Shown in pieces: positions 9,376-19,500 of a DNA stretch of 53,536 nucleotides. The translations under genes and the position numbers were made by a program. Source of the DNA: Candidatus Hydrogenedentota bacterium (GTDB taxonomy: Bacteria; Hydrogenedentota; Hydrogenedentia; Hydrogenedentales; SLHB01); assembly GCA_045863295.1 (NCBI GenBank), contig BTWA01000042.1:1-53536 (forward strand), read 5' to 3'. Under the pieces are notes generated by a model. The model made no database searches. It worked only from the letters and a program-made list of their open reading frames with translations, and was not told the DNA's origin. Every line of letters starts with the position of its first letter. Within the stretch, counting starts at the first letter, position 1.

Positions 9376-10546
9376 CGCGCGTGTGCGGCGAGATCTTGCG
9401 GTGTTGTCTGGGGAATTGCCGCATCGTGGAGCGTGTACAACGCACGAGCGAACCGCGGCGGAGTACATCCGCGAACGTTTCGAAGCCAACACACCGGATG
9501 TGGAAATAGATGATTTCCACGCCATCGACACGCCGTTGCTTGTATTCGCGTCGTACTACGGTGAGTTCATAATCATTGCCCTTGTAGCGTCGTGGTGGCC
9601 GTGGATCGGATTCGGCTATGGCGTGACCGTGTTTCTTCTCTACTTCGTCGAACTGAGCGGCCATCATGTACTTTCCCGCCTGCTTCCTCAATTCGAGACT
9701 CAGAATGTCGTGGCACGGTTTCTTTCCGGCCGTCCGGGCAAGTTGGTGGTAATCTCGGCGAACTACGATTCTCCCCGGTCGACATTTATTGAGAGTGCCC
9801 ATGCGGCTTCGTGGTTGAGCACGGCGCATCTGGTGCTCGTTGTTTCCATGGTTGCCGTTAATTTGAGTTGTGTCGCTGACGCTAACGAGTTGTTTCGCGA
9901 CGGTTTCCGCTTTGATTTGTTGGTACGGTGGAGTGCCGCAGGAGTGCTTTTGACGGCGGCCGCAGCACTGGTCATCGCCGAATTGACCGGGGAACACTTG
10001 CCCGGATCCAATGACAATGCATCCGGTGTGACGGTCTTGCTGGGGATTGCCGAAGCATTCAGGGAAAGACCGCTGCGACAAACTGAAGTATGGCTTGTGG
10101 CCACAGGGGCGAAGCGTGGCTGGCTTAGCGGGATGCGACGTCTTTTGAATAGCCACCGGTTCAATCGGGCTGAGACTCTATTCATCAATGTGCATGCTGT
10201 TGGTGCCGGTCGACTGGTTTATGAGTCGGGTCAGGGGCTTTTGCACACGTTTCGGGCTGACAGCGAGTTGCTGAGTATTGCAGGGTGGGCGGGCCAGCCG
10301 TTGGGTGTGGGGGCGGTCGCATGGAAGGGACTACCAACAGACGGGTATCTCCCGCTCACTCGAGGCTTCCGCTGTTTGGGAATAACCGCACTGCCTGAGC
10401 AAACGCGCGGCCCGTCCGCGGCCATGCCGGAGGTCGATTCCGACGTTCGAGCACATCCGGAAGGTGTCCTGCTGGCTCAGGCGCTGGTTCTGGAAATCCT
10501 GAGTCAGATTGACGGCGGGGAGTCACAGCCGCCAGAGGTTCATTGA
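9368..10546 (+). CDS. M28 peptidase-fold membrane protein with degenerate metal site
   Basis: PHRGA, TQNVVARF, ISANYDS, PGSNDNASGV and ~4 TM helices. The GTG start overlaps the ald stop. Confidence 0.8.
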   Translation: MDNARVRRDLAVLSGELPHRGACTTHERTAAEYIRERFEANTPDVEIDDFHAIDTPLLVFASYYGEFIIIALVASWWPWIGFGYGVTVFLLYFVELSGHHVLSRLLPQFETQNVVARFLSGRPGKLVVISANYDSPRSTFIESAHAASWLSTAHLVLVVSMVAVNLSCVADANELFRDGFRFDLLVRWSAAGVLLTAAAALVIAELTGEHLPGSNDNASGVTVLLGIAEAFRERPLRQTEVWLVATGAKRGWLSGMRRLLNSHRFNRAETLFINVHAVGAGRLVYESGQGLLHTFRADSELLSIAGWAGQPLGVGAVAWKGLPTDGYLPLTRGFRCLGITALPEQTRGPSAAMPEVDSDVRAHPEGVLLAQALVLEILSQIDGGESQPPEVH

Positions 10547-10646
10547 AGGGTGAAGCCGCAGTTGCTACATTACCGTCGTGCAAGTGTAGGCTGAGTCGAC
10601 CAGGCCCGGCCGTTGGCGGGGAGGTGTGCAGGCTGCGAAGAGGTGG

Positions 10647-10714
10647 GGGATGGTTGCCGGGAATCCGGTGGCCGGACGAGGGTCCGCCCCAGTGGCGAGA
10701 CCATGAGCCATCCC
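10647..10714 (+). ncRNA. Candidate structured 5'-leader (three-way junction) upstream of PMM/PGM
   Basis: P1 GGGATGGTT/AGCCATCCC encloses two hairpins, TCCGG-TGG-CCGGA and GGTC-CGCC-ccagt-GGCG-a-GACC. No family recognised. Confidence 0.3.
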
Positions 10715-10767
10715 GGGGTGTTGGGTTTCCGTGACGATTGCGCCAGGCGCGAAAGGAGATTGGGTCT

Positions 10768-12132
10768 GTGGAACTGAAGAAGCATATATTCCGCGAATAC
10801 GACATTCGCGGCATTTACGGGAAAGACATTGATGAAGAGGCCTTTGAACGGATCGCCAAGGGCTACGTGTCGATGCTCAAGGGCAAGAAGAAATACAACA
10901 CGGTTGTCGTAGGGTACGATGGCCGACTCACTTCGAAGTCGTTGGCGGCGGCAGTGATTGACGGCATCACTTCATGCGGTGTGAATGTGATTGATATTGG
11001 TCAGGTGCCTTCGCCGCTGGTTTATTACGCGATGTTTACGATGAAGGTGGATGGCGGCGTCATGATTACGGCGAGCCACAATCCCAAAGAATACAACGGC
11101 ATGAAGGTGGGCATCGGCCACAGCACTCTGCACGGAGCAAGCATTCAGAAGCTCCGCGAAATTGCGGAGAAAGGTGAATTCAAAACGACCGACAAGCCCG
11201 TGACGATAACGCGCATGAATATTGTGCCGAAGTACATGAAGCGCATTTTGAAGGACATCAAGCTGAAGCGAAAGCTGAAAGTGGTTGTGGACGCGGGCAA
11301 CGGCGTTGCGGGGCCGATAGCCGTACCGTTGTTCGAAGCTCTGGGGTGCGAGGTGATCCCGCTGTACTGCGACGTGGACGGTCGTTTTCCGAACCATCAC
11401 CCGGATCCGACGGTGGCCGAGAATATAGTGGAGATGATGAAGGCGGTCAAGAAGCACAAGGCCGATTTGGGTATTGGATTTGACGGCGACGGCGATCGCA
11501 TTGGCGCGTGCGACAACGAGGGGAATATCATTTATGGCGACAAGCTTATGGTGTTGTTCTCTCGCGCGGTGTTGAAGGAAAAGAAAGGCGCGGCCATTAT
11601 CTCCGAAGTGAAGAGCAGCCGCACGCTGTACGAAGACATTGCCAAGAACGGCGGCAAGCCGATCATGTGGCGTACGGGCCACTCGCTCATTAAAGCCGCG
11701 ATGAAGCAATTCAATGCTCAGTTGGCCGGCGAAATGAGCGGGCATATTTTCTTCAAGCATCGCTGGTATGGATTCGATGACGCCATCTATTCCGGCGCGC
11801 GATTATTGGAATTGGTGGCGGGCGGCAAGAAGACGCTGAAAGAGCACCTGGCGAACGTGCCTAAGATGTATTCGACGCCTGAGGTCAAGATTGATGCCAA
11901 GGAATCGACCAAGTTTGACGTGGTGAAGAAGGCGACCGAGTACTTCAAGACTCTCGGCGTAAAGGTCATTGACATCGACGGCGCCCGGATCGAGTTTGAC
12001 GATGGCTGGGGTTTGCTCCGCGCTTCCAACACGTCTCCTGTGCTGGTCATGCGGTGCGAGGCTACGACGCAGAAGCGACTTGATGAGATCAAGTCGTTGA
12101 TCGAGACCAAGGTGAAAGAACTGAACAAGTAA
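10768..12132 (+). CDS. Phosphomannomutase/phosphoglucomutase (AlgC-like)
   Basis: IFREYDIRG, ITASHNP, DGDGDR, GEMSGH, RASNTSP. RBS AAAGGAG before GTG. Confidence 0.96.
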   Translation: MELKKHIFREYDIRGIYGKDIDEEAFERIAKGYVSMLKGKKKYNTVVVGYDGRLTSKSLAAAVIDGITSCGVNVIDIGQVPSPLVYYAMFTMKVDGGVMITASHNPKEYNGMKVGIGHSTLHGASIQKLREIAEKGEFKTTDKPVTITRMNIVPKYMKRILKDIKLKRKLKVVVDAGNGVAGPIAVPLFEALGCEVIPLYCDVDGRFPNHHPDPTVAENIVEMMKAVKKHKADLGIGFDGDGDRIGACDNEGNIIYGDKLMVLFSRAVLKEKKGAAIISEVKSSRTLYEDIAKNGGKPIMWRTGHSLIKAAMKQFNAQLAGEMSGHIFFKHRWYGFDDAIYSGARLLELVAGGKKTLKEHLANVPKMYSTPEVKIDAKESTKFDVVKKATEYFKTLGVKVIDIDGARIEFDDGWGLLRASNTSPVLVMRCEATTQKRLDEIKSLIETKVKELNK

Positions 12133-12147
12133 GGTTGAAAACCAACT

Positions 12148-12190
12148 AGGGCGGGGTGCTTGTTGAGGCATCCCGCCCTTGTTTGCATTT
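12148..12190. terminator. Intrinsic terminator between convergent genes
   Basis: AGGGCGGGGTGCT-tgttg-AGGCATCCCGCCCT followed by TGTTTG. Confidence 0.75.
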
Positions 12191-12192
12191 CT

Positions 12193-13089
12193 TCAAAAGG
12201 AAGCCAGCCCCTTGAACGCGTTGTACCTCTTCTCGATCATCGACGCGTCAATTGATGCGACCCTATCTGGGCCGAACTGTTCACACGTAAAAGAGGCTAC
12301 CGCGCTGCCGTATACGACGGCCTGCCGCAGTGTTTTCGGGTCGACCGAATCGCATTTCGCGATATAGCCCATGAAGCCGCCCGCGAATGAATCGCCCGCA
12401 CCGGTTGGGTCGAGCACGTTTTCAAGCGGGTAGGCGGGGGCCGCAAAGAGGTCATCGCCGGCGAACAGTAGACAACCGTGCTCGCCCTTCTTCATGACGA
12501 CGATGCGCGGCCCCATGGACTGCACCGCTTTCGCGCCTTTTATCAGGTTGGATTCTCCGGTGAGTAGTTTCACTTCGGAGTCGTTGATAATGATGCAGTC
12601 GACTTTGGCAAGGACCTTTTTCAAGTCATCAAGCGCGATGTCGATCCACAGGTTCATGGAATCCAGACCGGTGAATTTCGGTTTGGCTTGTTCGAGCACT
12701 TCCAGTTGCAAAGACGGGTGGATGTTGCCGAGGAAGAGATAGGGGGCATTCCGAGCCGCTTCCGGCAATTTCGGATGAAAGTCCGCGAATACGTTGAGCT
12801 GGGTATCGAGCGTATCACGGTGGTTCACGTCGGCATGGTATCGGCCGGACCAGCGGAACGTCTTGCCATTGACACGCTCCAATCCCTCGAGGTCAATGCC
12901 TTTGCTTTGAAACAGTTCGATATGCTCTTCGGGAAAGTCATCACCAATGATGGCGACCATATGCACTGGAGCGAAATTCGAGGCAGCGATGGAGAAATAG
13001 GTTGCCGCCCCGCCCAGGCCGTCGTCGTTCCTTCCCCATGGCGTTTCGATTGAATCGATGGCCACGGATCCGACTACTGTGATATCCAT
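12193..13089 (-). CDS. PfkB family carbohydrate/nucleoside kinase
   Basis: MDITVVGSVAIDSIETP, LGGAATY, KKGEHG, DPTGAGDSFAGG. Confidence 0.93.
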   Translation of the reverse strand: MDITVVGSVAIDSIETPWGRNDDGLGGAATYFSIAASNFAPVHMVAIIGDDFPEEHIELFQSKGIDLEGLERVNGKTFRWSGRYHADVNHRDTLDTQLNVFADFHPKLPEAARNAPYLFLGNIHPSLQLEVLEQAKPKFTGLDSMNLWIDIALDDLKKVLAKVDCIIINDSEVKLLTGESNLIKGAKAVQSMGPRIVVMKKGEHGCLLFAGDDLFAAPAYPLENVLDPTGAGDSFAGGFMGYIAKCDSVDPKTLRQAVVYGSAVASFTCEQFGPDRVASIDASMIEKRYNAFKGLASF

Positions 13090-13319
13090 TTCAACTCCCT
13101 TGATTCCGGTGAATTGGGTATGGACGCAATCCATCGGGCAGCGACGAATCCCCCGTGCCCGGAGTGCGCAAAGAAGGCCGAAGGATAGCGAATTAAGGGA
13201 GAACAGTTCAAAACAGAGCTGAACTCTGAATTGATCCGGGAGCTGAAACTCCCTAGACTGGTTGCTCCAATCGTAGGCCGGTTGGTTAGTGATCGGTGGA
13301 ATGACAAGGAGATGGAGCG

Positions 13320-13853
13320 ATGAAGCAGTTTGCCGTGCGCATTACTACGGCGCTTGGTTGTGCCGCGTTGACGGTACTTGGCGGACAATGGATTGCCAAT
13401 GCACAAGAACAGGCGGCTGAGCCTCCTGCGGCTCCGGCGGATGCCACTGCGCCTGCCGCGGAAGAAAAGCCTGAGCCGAATGTCGCGAATGGGGATCAGG
13501 TTGCCGTATTGGACGCGCATCAGGTTATGTCACTGTTCGTGGATCCGTTCTTTGTGAAAATACAGGAAGGGCTGGCGCAGGAGCCCGATCGTCGCGGGTG
13601 GCGCACGGTGCGCGAATCGGCACTTGCGTCGGCCGAGTCGGCCAATCTGTTGTTTCTGTACGTGCCGGCAGAAGGTGGCGACGATTGGAAGACAATGACT
13701 GTGGAAATGAGGGTTGCCTCATACGAGTTGTACAAGACGGTGAAGGCGACCGATTATGAAGGCAGCAAGGCGAAGTATTTGACGCTGGTGGAATCGTGTA
13801 ACAAGTGCCATCAGCGATTTGAGCCTGAAACGGCCCCCAAAATCGAGCCCTGA
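13320..13853 (+). CDS. Periplasmic cytochrome c (class II/c'-like four-helix bundle)
   Basis: Signal peptide, helical body and a single C-terminal CNKCH heme motif. RBS AAGGAG. Confidence 0.8.
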   Translation: MKQFAVRITTALGCAALTVLGGQWIANAQEQAAEPPAAPADATAPAAEEKPEPNVANGDQVAVLDAHQVMSLFVDPFFVKIQEGLAQEPDRRGWRTVRESALASAESANLLFLYVPAEGGDDWKTMTVEMRVASYELYKTVKATDYEGSKAKYLTLVESCNKCHQRFEPETAPKIEP

Positions 13854-13870
13854 ACCGAATAGAACCATTG

Positions 13871-13910
13871 GCTCCCGGGAATTCGCACATGTGAATTCCC
13901 GGGAGCTTTC
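13871..13910. terminator. Hairpin/terminator between convergent genes
   Basis: Perfect 14 bp inverted repeat GCTCCCGGGAATTC-gcacatgt-GAATTCCCGGGAGC, followed by TTTC. Confidence 0.75.
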
Positions 13911-13917
13911 TATTGGA

Positions 13918-14517
13918 TTACATATCGTCCATGCGGCGGTCGGGCCGTATGCCCTGTTCGGCGAGCAATTGTTGTGCTTCTGCGAGCTTTTTTGGGGGTA
14001 CGTCGTCGGTGCGGTGGGCAACCCGTTTGGCCGGTGCGCCTGCCCAGACTTCATACGGGCCTACGTCCTTTGTGACGATGCTTCCGATGCCGATTACGGC
14101 TCCTTCGCCAATCGTCACACCATAGGAAATGTATGCTCGGCTACCAATCCAGCAATTGGGTCCAATGATGGTGGGTTTTATGATGTGCGGGGTGAACCGC
14201 CAGTGTTCCTTCGTGCCGTATATAAGGTGGGTTCCGTCGCGGATGATTACACCCTCCGCAAGCCCGGTGTTTTCCCCTATCTCGACGAGTTCAGATGACT
14301 CGATAATCACGCCCCAGCTGACCATGCTGCGATCCTTGAAGATGATTTTCCCTTCGCGGCGCGTACGGAAAACACAATGGTCTCGTATATGGACGTAGTC
14401 CCCGACGATTACGTTGCCGTCCACTTCAATATCGGATCCATAGAACCGGCACCGCTTGCCAATCTGAGCAAATTTCCGGCCGTTTCGCCAGTTCTGCAAT
14501 TTGCGTAGCACGCCCAT
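13918..14517 (-). CDS. Hexapeptide-repeat (left-handed beta-helix) O-acyltransferase
   Basis: IGKRC/VGDYV/IGENT/IGPNCWIG/IGEGAVIG repeats, VTKDV, WAGAPAK. RBS AAGGAGG. Confidence 0.9.
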   Translation of the reverse strand: MGVLRKLQNWRNGRKFAQIGKRCRFYGSDIEVDGNVIVGDYVHIRDHCVFRTRREGKIIFKDRSMVSWGVIIESSELVEIGENTGLAEGVIIRDGTHLIYGTKEHWRFTPHIIKPTIIGPNCWIGSRAYISYGVTIGEGAVIGIGSIVTKDVGPYEVWAGAPAKRVAHRTDDVPPKKLAEAQQLLAEQGIRPDRRMDDM

Positions 14518-14701
14518 GCAACCCCGCCCTCCTTTTGATAGGGTTATTTTACTTGGTCCGGCCGCGTGAGAAAAGGCCAAGCGATACCCTGGGCACGGGC
14601 TTTAAAAAGCGGGTTGTCCTGTGGTTGAATATCGCGACGTTGGGTCTGGGGCGCGGTCCACTGGGGTGCGCGCTTGTTGAACGCAGGGAAAGGGGCTAAT
14701 C

Positions 14702-15127
14702 GTGAAACGGTATACAGTGTGGATTTCGAGTGTGGTCATGGTTGCGGTCGTTTTGGCTCAGGGATGCGCTGGTCTTGGCAAGGGGCCGACGGATGAAGAG
14801 ATGATAATGAGCACGCTTACGGCGTGGTCCACAGCAATGAAAGCCGGTGATATCGACACCGCGTTGACTTCGTATGCGGAAAGTTACAAAGATGCGGAAG
14901 GCCGGGACAAGACGTCCATTAAGGCATTTCTCTCCGAAGCAAAGACTCAGGGGTATTTGGATGGCCTGGAAGTGTTGACGGACAAAACCCAGGTGACCAT
15001 TGAGGAAGGTGGCAAGGGTTCCGCTTCTCCGGTTTCGCTAAATGGCAATTTCGGCGGGATCACGCTAACGGTGCTGTTTGCGAAAGAAGGCGAAAGCTGG
15101 AAGATATCTTCCGTGCAGGAATACTAG
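14702..15127 (+). CDS. Lipoprotein with NTF2/SnoaL-like fold
   Basis: Lipobox-like LAQGC, WSTAMKAGDID...YAESY, terminal KEGESWKI. Confidence 0.75.
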   Translation: MKRYTVWISSVVMVAVVLAQGCAGLGKGPTDEEMIMSTLTAWSTAMKAGDIDTALTSYAESYKDAEGRDKTSIKAFLSEAKTQGYLDGLEVLTDKTQVTIEEGGKGSASPVSLNGNFGGITLTVLFAKEGESWKISSVQEY

Positions 15128-15146
15128 TCGAGCTGTTTGTATTTTT

Positions 15147-15184
15147 TGCGGTGCCGGCAGTTTTTGCGGTGCCGCATTTTTTTA
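15147..15184 (+). terminator. Intrinsic terminator
   Basis: TGCGGTGCC...GGTGCCGCA stem (with G-U pairs) followed by a run of 7 T. Confidence 0.65.
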
Positions 15185-15190
15185 TGCCGG

Positions 15191-16375
15191 TTACGATTGG
15201 CGTGCCAGAAACTTTACGGCGATGCTTGACATCAGCTTCATGGCGATCGGCACCGCGGCATCTGAGAAATCATATCGGGAATTGTGGAGTGGGGGATATC
15301 CACCCTCGTGGTTTGAATTGACACCTAGACAGATAAAGGTCCCCGGGACCTTTTGCAAGTAATAGGCGAAATCCTCCGCGCCCATGAATGGTTTTTCCAT
15401 TTCGACGACGCAGTCAGGACTAATGGCTTCTTTCGCCGTTTCGCGGACGAACTGGGTCATGCCGGGATCGTTTTGCAGAGGCGGATACACGTTCTCGGAA
15501 AGAGACACTTCCGCCGTGGCACGGAACGCTTGAGCAACGGTCGTTGCGATGCGTTGAATGCCCATGGCAAGCGTTTCGCGGACTTTGGGGTCAAAGCTGC
15601 GAAACGTGCCGGCCATGACGGCGGTGTCGGCGATAATGTTAGTGGCGGTACCGGCATGAATAGAAGCCACAGTTACCACGCCCGCATCGTGAGGTTGAAT
15701 TTCCCGGCTTACGAGTGATTGCAGTGCCGTTGTAATGTGGGCGGCTACCAATACAGGGTCCACCCCGGCGGCTGGGTCCGCGGCGTGACATCCCCGGCCG
15801 TGAACGGTTATCCAGAATACGTCGGCACCGGCGAGAGCATATCCTTCCCGGAGTCCAATCTTACCCACGGGTAAGGTAGGCCAGCCGTGCAATGCAAAGG
15901 CGGCATCCGCGCCATCGACCGCGCCATCCTGCACCATGAACCGTCCGGCCGCGGCTTCTTCCTCGGCGGGCTGGAAAGCGAGCCGAACAGTGCCCTGCAG
16001 TAAGTGTCTGCACTCGGATAGCACTCTGGCTACGCCCAAGAGGCACGCGGTATGGCCATCGTGTCCACAGGCGTGCATGCGACCTGGAATGGTGGATGCG
16101 TAGGGCAATCCAGTTTCTTCTTGTATTTCGAGGGCATCCATATCGCCACGCAATAAGACGGTCCGAGGCCCATTGCCTTCGATGGTCGCTAGAATCCCCG
16201 TGCCCTTGGCCAATCCCCGCCTGTGGGAGACTCCAATCTCGTCGAGGTAGCGCGAGACACGATCGGATGTCCATTTCTCTTCGTAGCGGATTTCAGGATG
16301 CTGATGGAATTCGTGGCGCAATTGCACGATGGCCGGCGCGGCTGCCTGTACGGCGGCGTCAATTTCACTAAGCAT
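15191..16375 (-). CDS. M20 family amidohydrolase (hippurate hydrolase-like)
   Basis: HQHPE, RGDMDAL, MHACGHDGH, FQPAEE, GAEDF, LHNSRYDF. Confidence 0.95.
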   Translation of the reverse strand: MLSEIDAAVQAAAPAIVQLRHEFHQHPEIRYEEKWTSDRVSRYLDEIGVSHRRGLAKGTGILATIEGNGPRTVLLRGDMDALEIQEETGLPYASTIPGRMHACGHDGHTACLLGVARVLSECRHLLQGTVRLAFQPAEEEAAAGRFMVQDGAVDGADAAFALHGWPTLPVGKIGLREGYALAGADVFWITVHGRGCHAADPAAGVDPVLVAAHITTALQSLVSREIQPHDAGVVTVASIHAGTATNIIADTAVMAGTFRSFDPKVRETLAMGIQRIATTVAQAFRATAEVSLSENVYPPLQNDPGMTQFVRETAKEAISPDCVVEMEKPFMGAEDFAYYLQKVPGTFICLGVNSNHEGGYPPLHNSRYDFSDAAVPIAMKLMSSIAVKFLARQS

Positions 16376-16521
16376 GGAGTTTCCTCAGGCGTTGCAGCAT
16401 AAACACGATTGGATGCGTCTGAACCCGGGGGATTAGACTCAAACCGGCGGCCGCTTGTCACAGTATGCCGGCGTCTGAATCCGGTGATGTGTTCCTGCCT
16501 GAGTTTTCAATTTTGCCGACA

Positions 16522-19500
16522 CTAGAATTTCAACCGGGTTCCTGGGAATGCAGTAACACTAAGTTCGAATCCCATGTCCCAGCCTGATTCCCGTTGCGTC
16601 ACATTTATGGCGGTTTCGACGCACTGCATGGCTCGCCGGATCTCGTACTTTTGCCGGGTCAGTTCGTCCTTTTCCAAATCGTATCGATGCTCGAAGGACA
16701 AGGTCCATTTTTCATTGGCCTTGTACCCGAACCCATAAATGATTTCGCGGTTAAACACCTGGTCGTCGGTTTGTGTATAGCTGAATCCAATGCGGCCGCT
16801 GTATTTGCCGCCATATGGACGGTCATCGTAGTAGAAGTACGCGAGCGCCCGTTCATAGTCGCCGTATTGTGCATTGTAACGGAATGCGGTTTCGGGATCG
16901 GCGTCAAAGTAGCGATCGTAGTTTTCGACAATCGCGCGCTGCACGAAGTACGGTTCGTCAAAATCCAAGTCGCGGTCGTTGGAAATGTGATGCATCTCGC
17001 CGATGAAGTGGAATCCCCAGTAAGGACGAGGGCGCAAATCCAACTCGACTTCGTAGTCCTCGGACTCGCGAAGCTCGTTCCAAATGTCGGCGCCGTGGTA
17101 CAGGCTGAGGCGGGCGACCTGCCATGATTCGCCGCTATCCGCGTCCTGTCCAAGCACAATATTGTCGATTTTGGTTTCCAGTCGCGTCCTGCCATAGACA
17201 TTGTCATAGGCGTCAAAGCGAGGCGTATCTTCCACATCGAGATTGGACGTTGGGCGGTAGGATACTGTCATCGACGGCACAATTATGTGCTTAAATCCGG
17301 TGAAGCCGCCGATGCCGCCGTAGTTTCGGTGCAGCCTGGTTTGAAGTGTCACCCCGGTTAAAGCGGACAAGCGTCCGTCGGAGTCGCCGCCATCAACCGT
17401 GTTGGAATACCAAGCGGCCTCTGCTTCCACGAATGGCGCGAGATTCCACGCTTCTCCCATGTCGATATCGTAGGTAAGGCGTCCGACATTAACGGAGCGG
17501 GCCGAATGGGTGTCCCCGGGTTCGCGTTCGTTGTACCCATTAATCGTATCGAACGTGAAGTACAGGTTGTCTGCGAGACGCCGCTCAAGGAGGTGGAACG
17601 TCAGTTCCGGAGCGCGCTCTGTTTCAGCCACGAAACCGTGAGGATTTACGCGCACGGTCCCTGTAGCAATGTAGGCGGGGTTCACATGGGTTACGTTTGC
17701 AAAACTCCGCGGTTCGGATCGGTCTTGGAATTGGTCGTAGTAGAAATCTTTGTAGATATCCGGATCGGACCATTGCTCGACCTGGGTCAGCAATTGTGTG
17801 TTCGCGTACAACTGGTGACGGTGATACCAGTGCAAATAACTGCGGTTTTGGGTTGTGTACAACGTGTGAAATTCGCCCTTGCCGCCGAAGAGGGGGGCCG
17901 TGGGGTCCATGGTAAAGTCGTACTCGCCATCGACGCCGAATCCAACGCCTTCCTTTGTCGTGGGATAGAGGCGCAGGCCGAGCGAAACGTTCTGGTTGAC
18001 GGCAAACTGCTGACCAACGTTGATATAGTAGCCCAACTCGGCGCGCCGGCCGCTGTCGAAGTCGAAGCCCACGGTAGCTGCCTCGGCCCCAGCCAATTTC
18101 CAACGGGGCCAATAGACGGGCGTTTTTGCTTTGCCAATTTCGAGCCGCGCGCCTTTGCCCAGCAGCGTGCCTCCCTCGCCAATGGATGCCGTATTCAAAC
18201 GGATGCGATAGTATTCGTGGTCGCAGTCGCAGGTTGTCAGCCAGATATTTTCGATGACCGCGGCATTTTCACCCGTAATCTGAATTTTTTCGCCACCGAA
18301 CCGCACCTGTCCAGTTTGGCCTTCCACGTTGTTACCCTCGCCCGTCTGCGTGAGGAAGTCGTAGTACATGTGCTGGGCCACGAAATGCCGTTGCGGCTCT
18401 ATGATCTCAATGTTCGTCGCTTCGATGGATCCTAGAGCGTAAAGTGACGCGGCCATGTCACGCTCCAGATTCTCGGGATCCGAGGTAAGTGGCGGCGGCG
18501 CGGATTCTTCCGTTTTTGGTGGGAAAATGTACTTAATCTCATCCGCAAATGCAGTAGACGGTCCTTGCACGATTTCCACGTTGCCACGCATGTGCAATTC
18601 GCCGGTGTTCTCATTGTAGTAGAAATAGTCGGATGCGAAGCTGATGGTTTCGACGCGGAACCGTGCATTTCCTTGTGCTTCGATAATGCGCGTATCCGGA
18701 TTGTAGTCGAGAACTTCTGCCTTGATGTTTTTCAGCGGCGCATTCCAGTCTACGGGTTCGAAGCCGCCCTCCGCTTCGTCAATTCCCTGCAATTGTTGCC
18801 CGATGCCTTGACTCAAGGTTGGTTCTGTACCCTCGGCAAACGGCACCGCCGCGGGCCGTCCACGTTTGCTGGGGGGCACGGGCGGCTTCGGGTCGAAGGG
18901 GGGCGCAAACCCCTCCGGGCGAATCCGGCTTGGCCTGGGCTCATTGCTCATTGGCTTGGCTGATGTTGCGTCGGCCTTCAGCGTCGGTTCGCCTGGTGTG
19001 ACAGTATTTGTTTCCTCTGTAGCAACCGAATCAGAATCGGATTCGGAGGCTGGCTGGTCTGTTGAAACCGTACTAATGTCTTGCGGAGATGCCGGTGCAG
19101 CGGCCACAGCGGGAGCGGGTTCCGGTTCCTGCGCCTCATGAGTCTCGTCCGGCATCGGTACGGGAGTCTCGGCCGGTTCGGAAATCGGAGCGGTGTCCGT
19201 TGCCGGTGCTGTTGCGGGAGCAATTTCGGCTTGCACCGGTTGTGGCACTGGTGCCGCCTCCTGTTCCACTTTGGTTTCTTCTACAACCACAGGTGTGGGG
19301 GCCGCGGCCGCGGTAGAATCAGGGGCCGCTTCTTCGGCTTGTTCAGCTGTAGCCGCCTCGGCTACTACCATCGCCGGAGCGATGGACAAACCTTCGACTG
19401 CTGCCCAATGCCAGGACTTATTCTTCGGGGACAGTACAACGACGAGGCCGTTGGCGAATGCCAATGCCTGTCCCGCTTCGGGTACAGCATATCGTCCCGT

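Noticed and set aside
10647..10714. Assignment as a cobalamin, glmS or yybP-ykoY riboswitch
   Set aside because: Only isolated sub-motifs match. GCCACTG (on this strand), AGCGCC and GGGGAGTAGC are missing, so it is kept only as an unknown-structure candidate.
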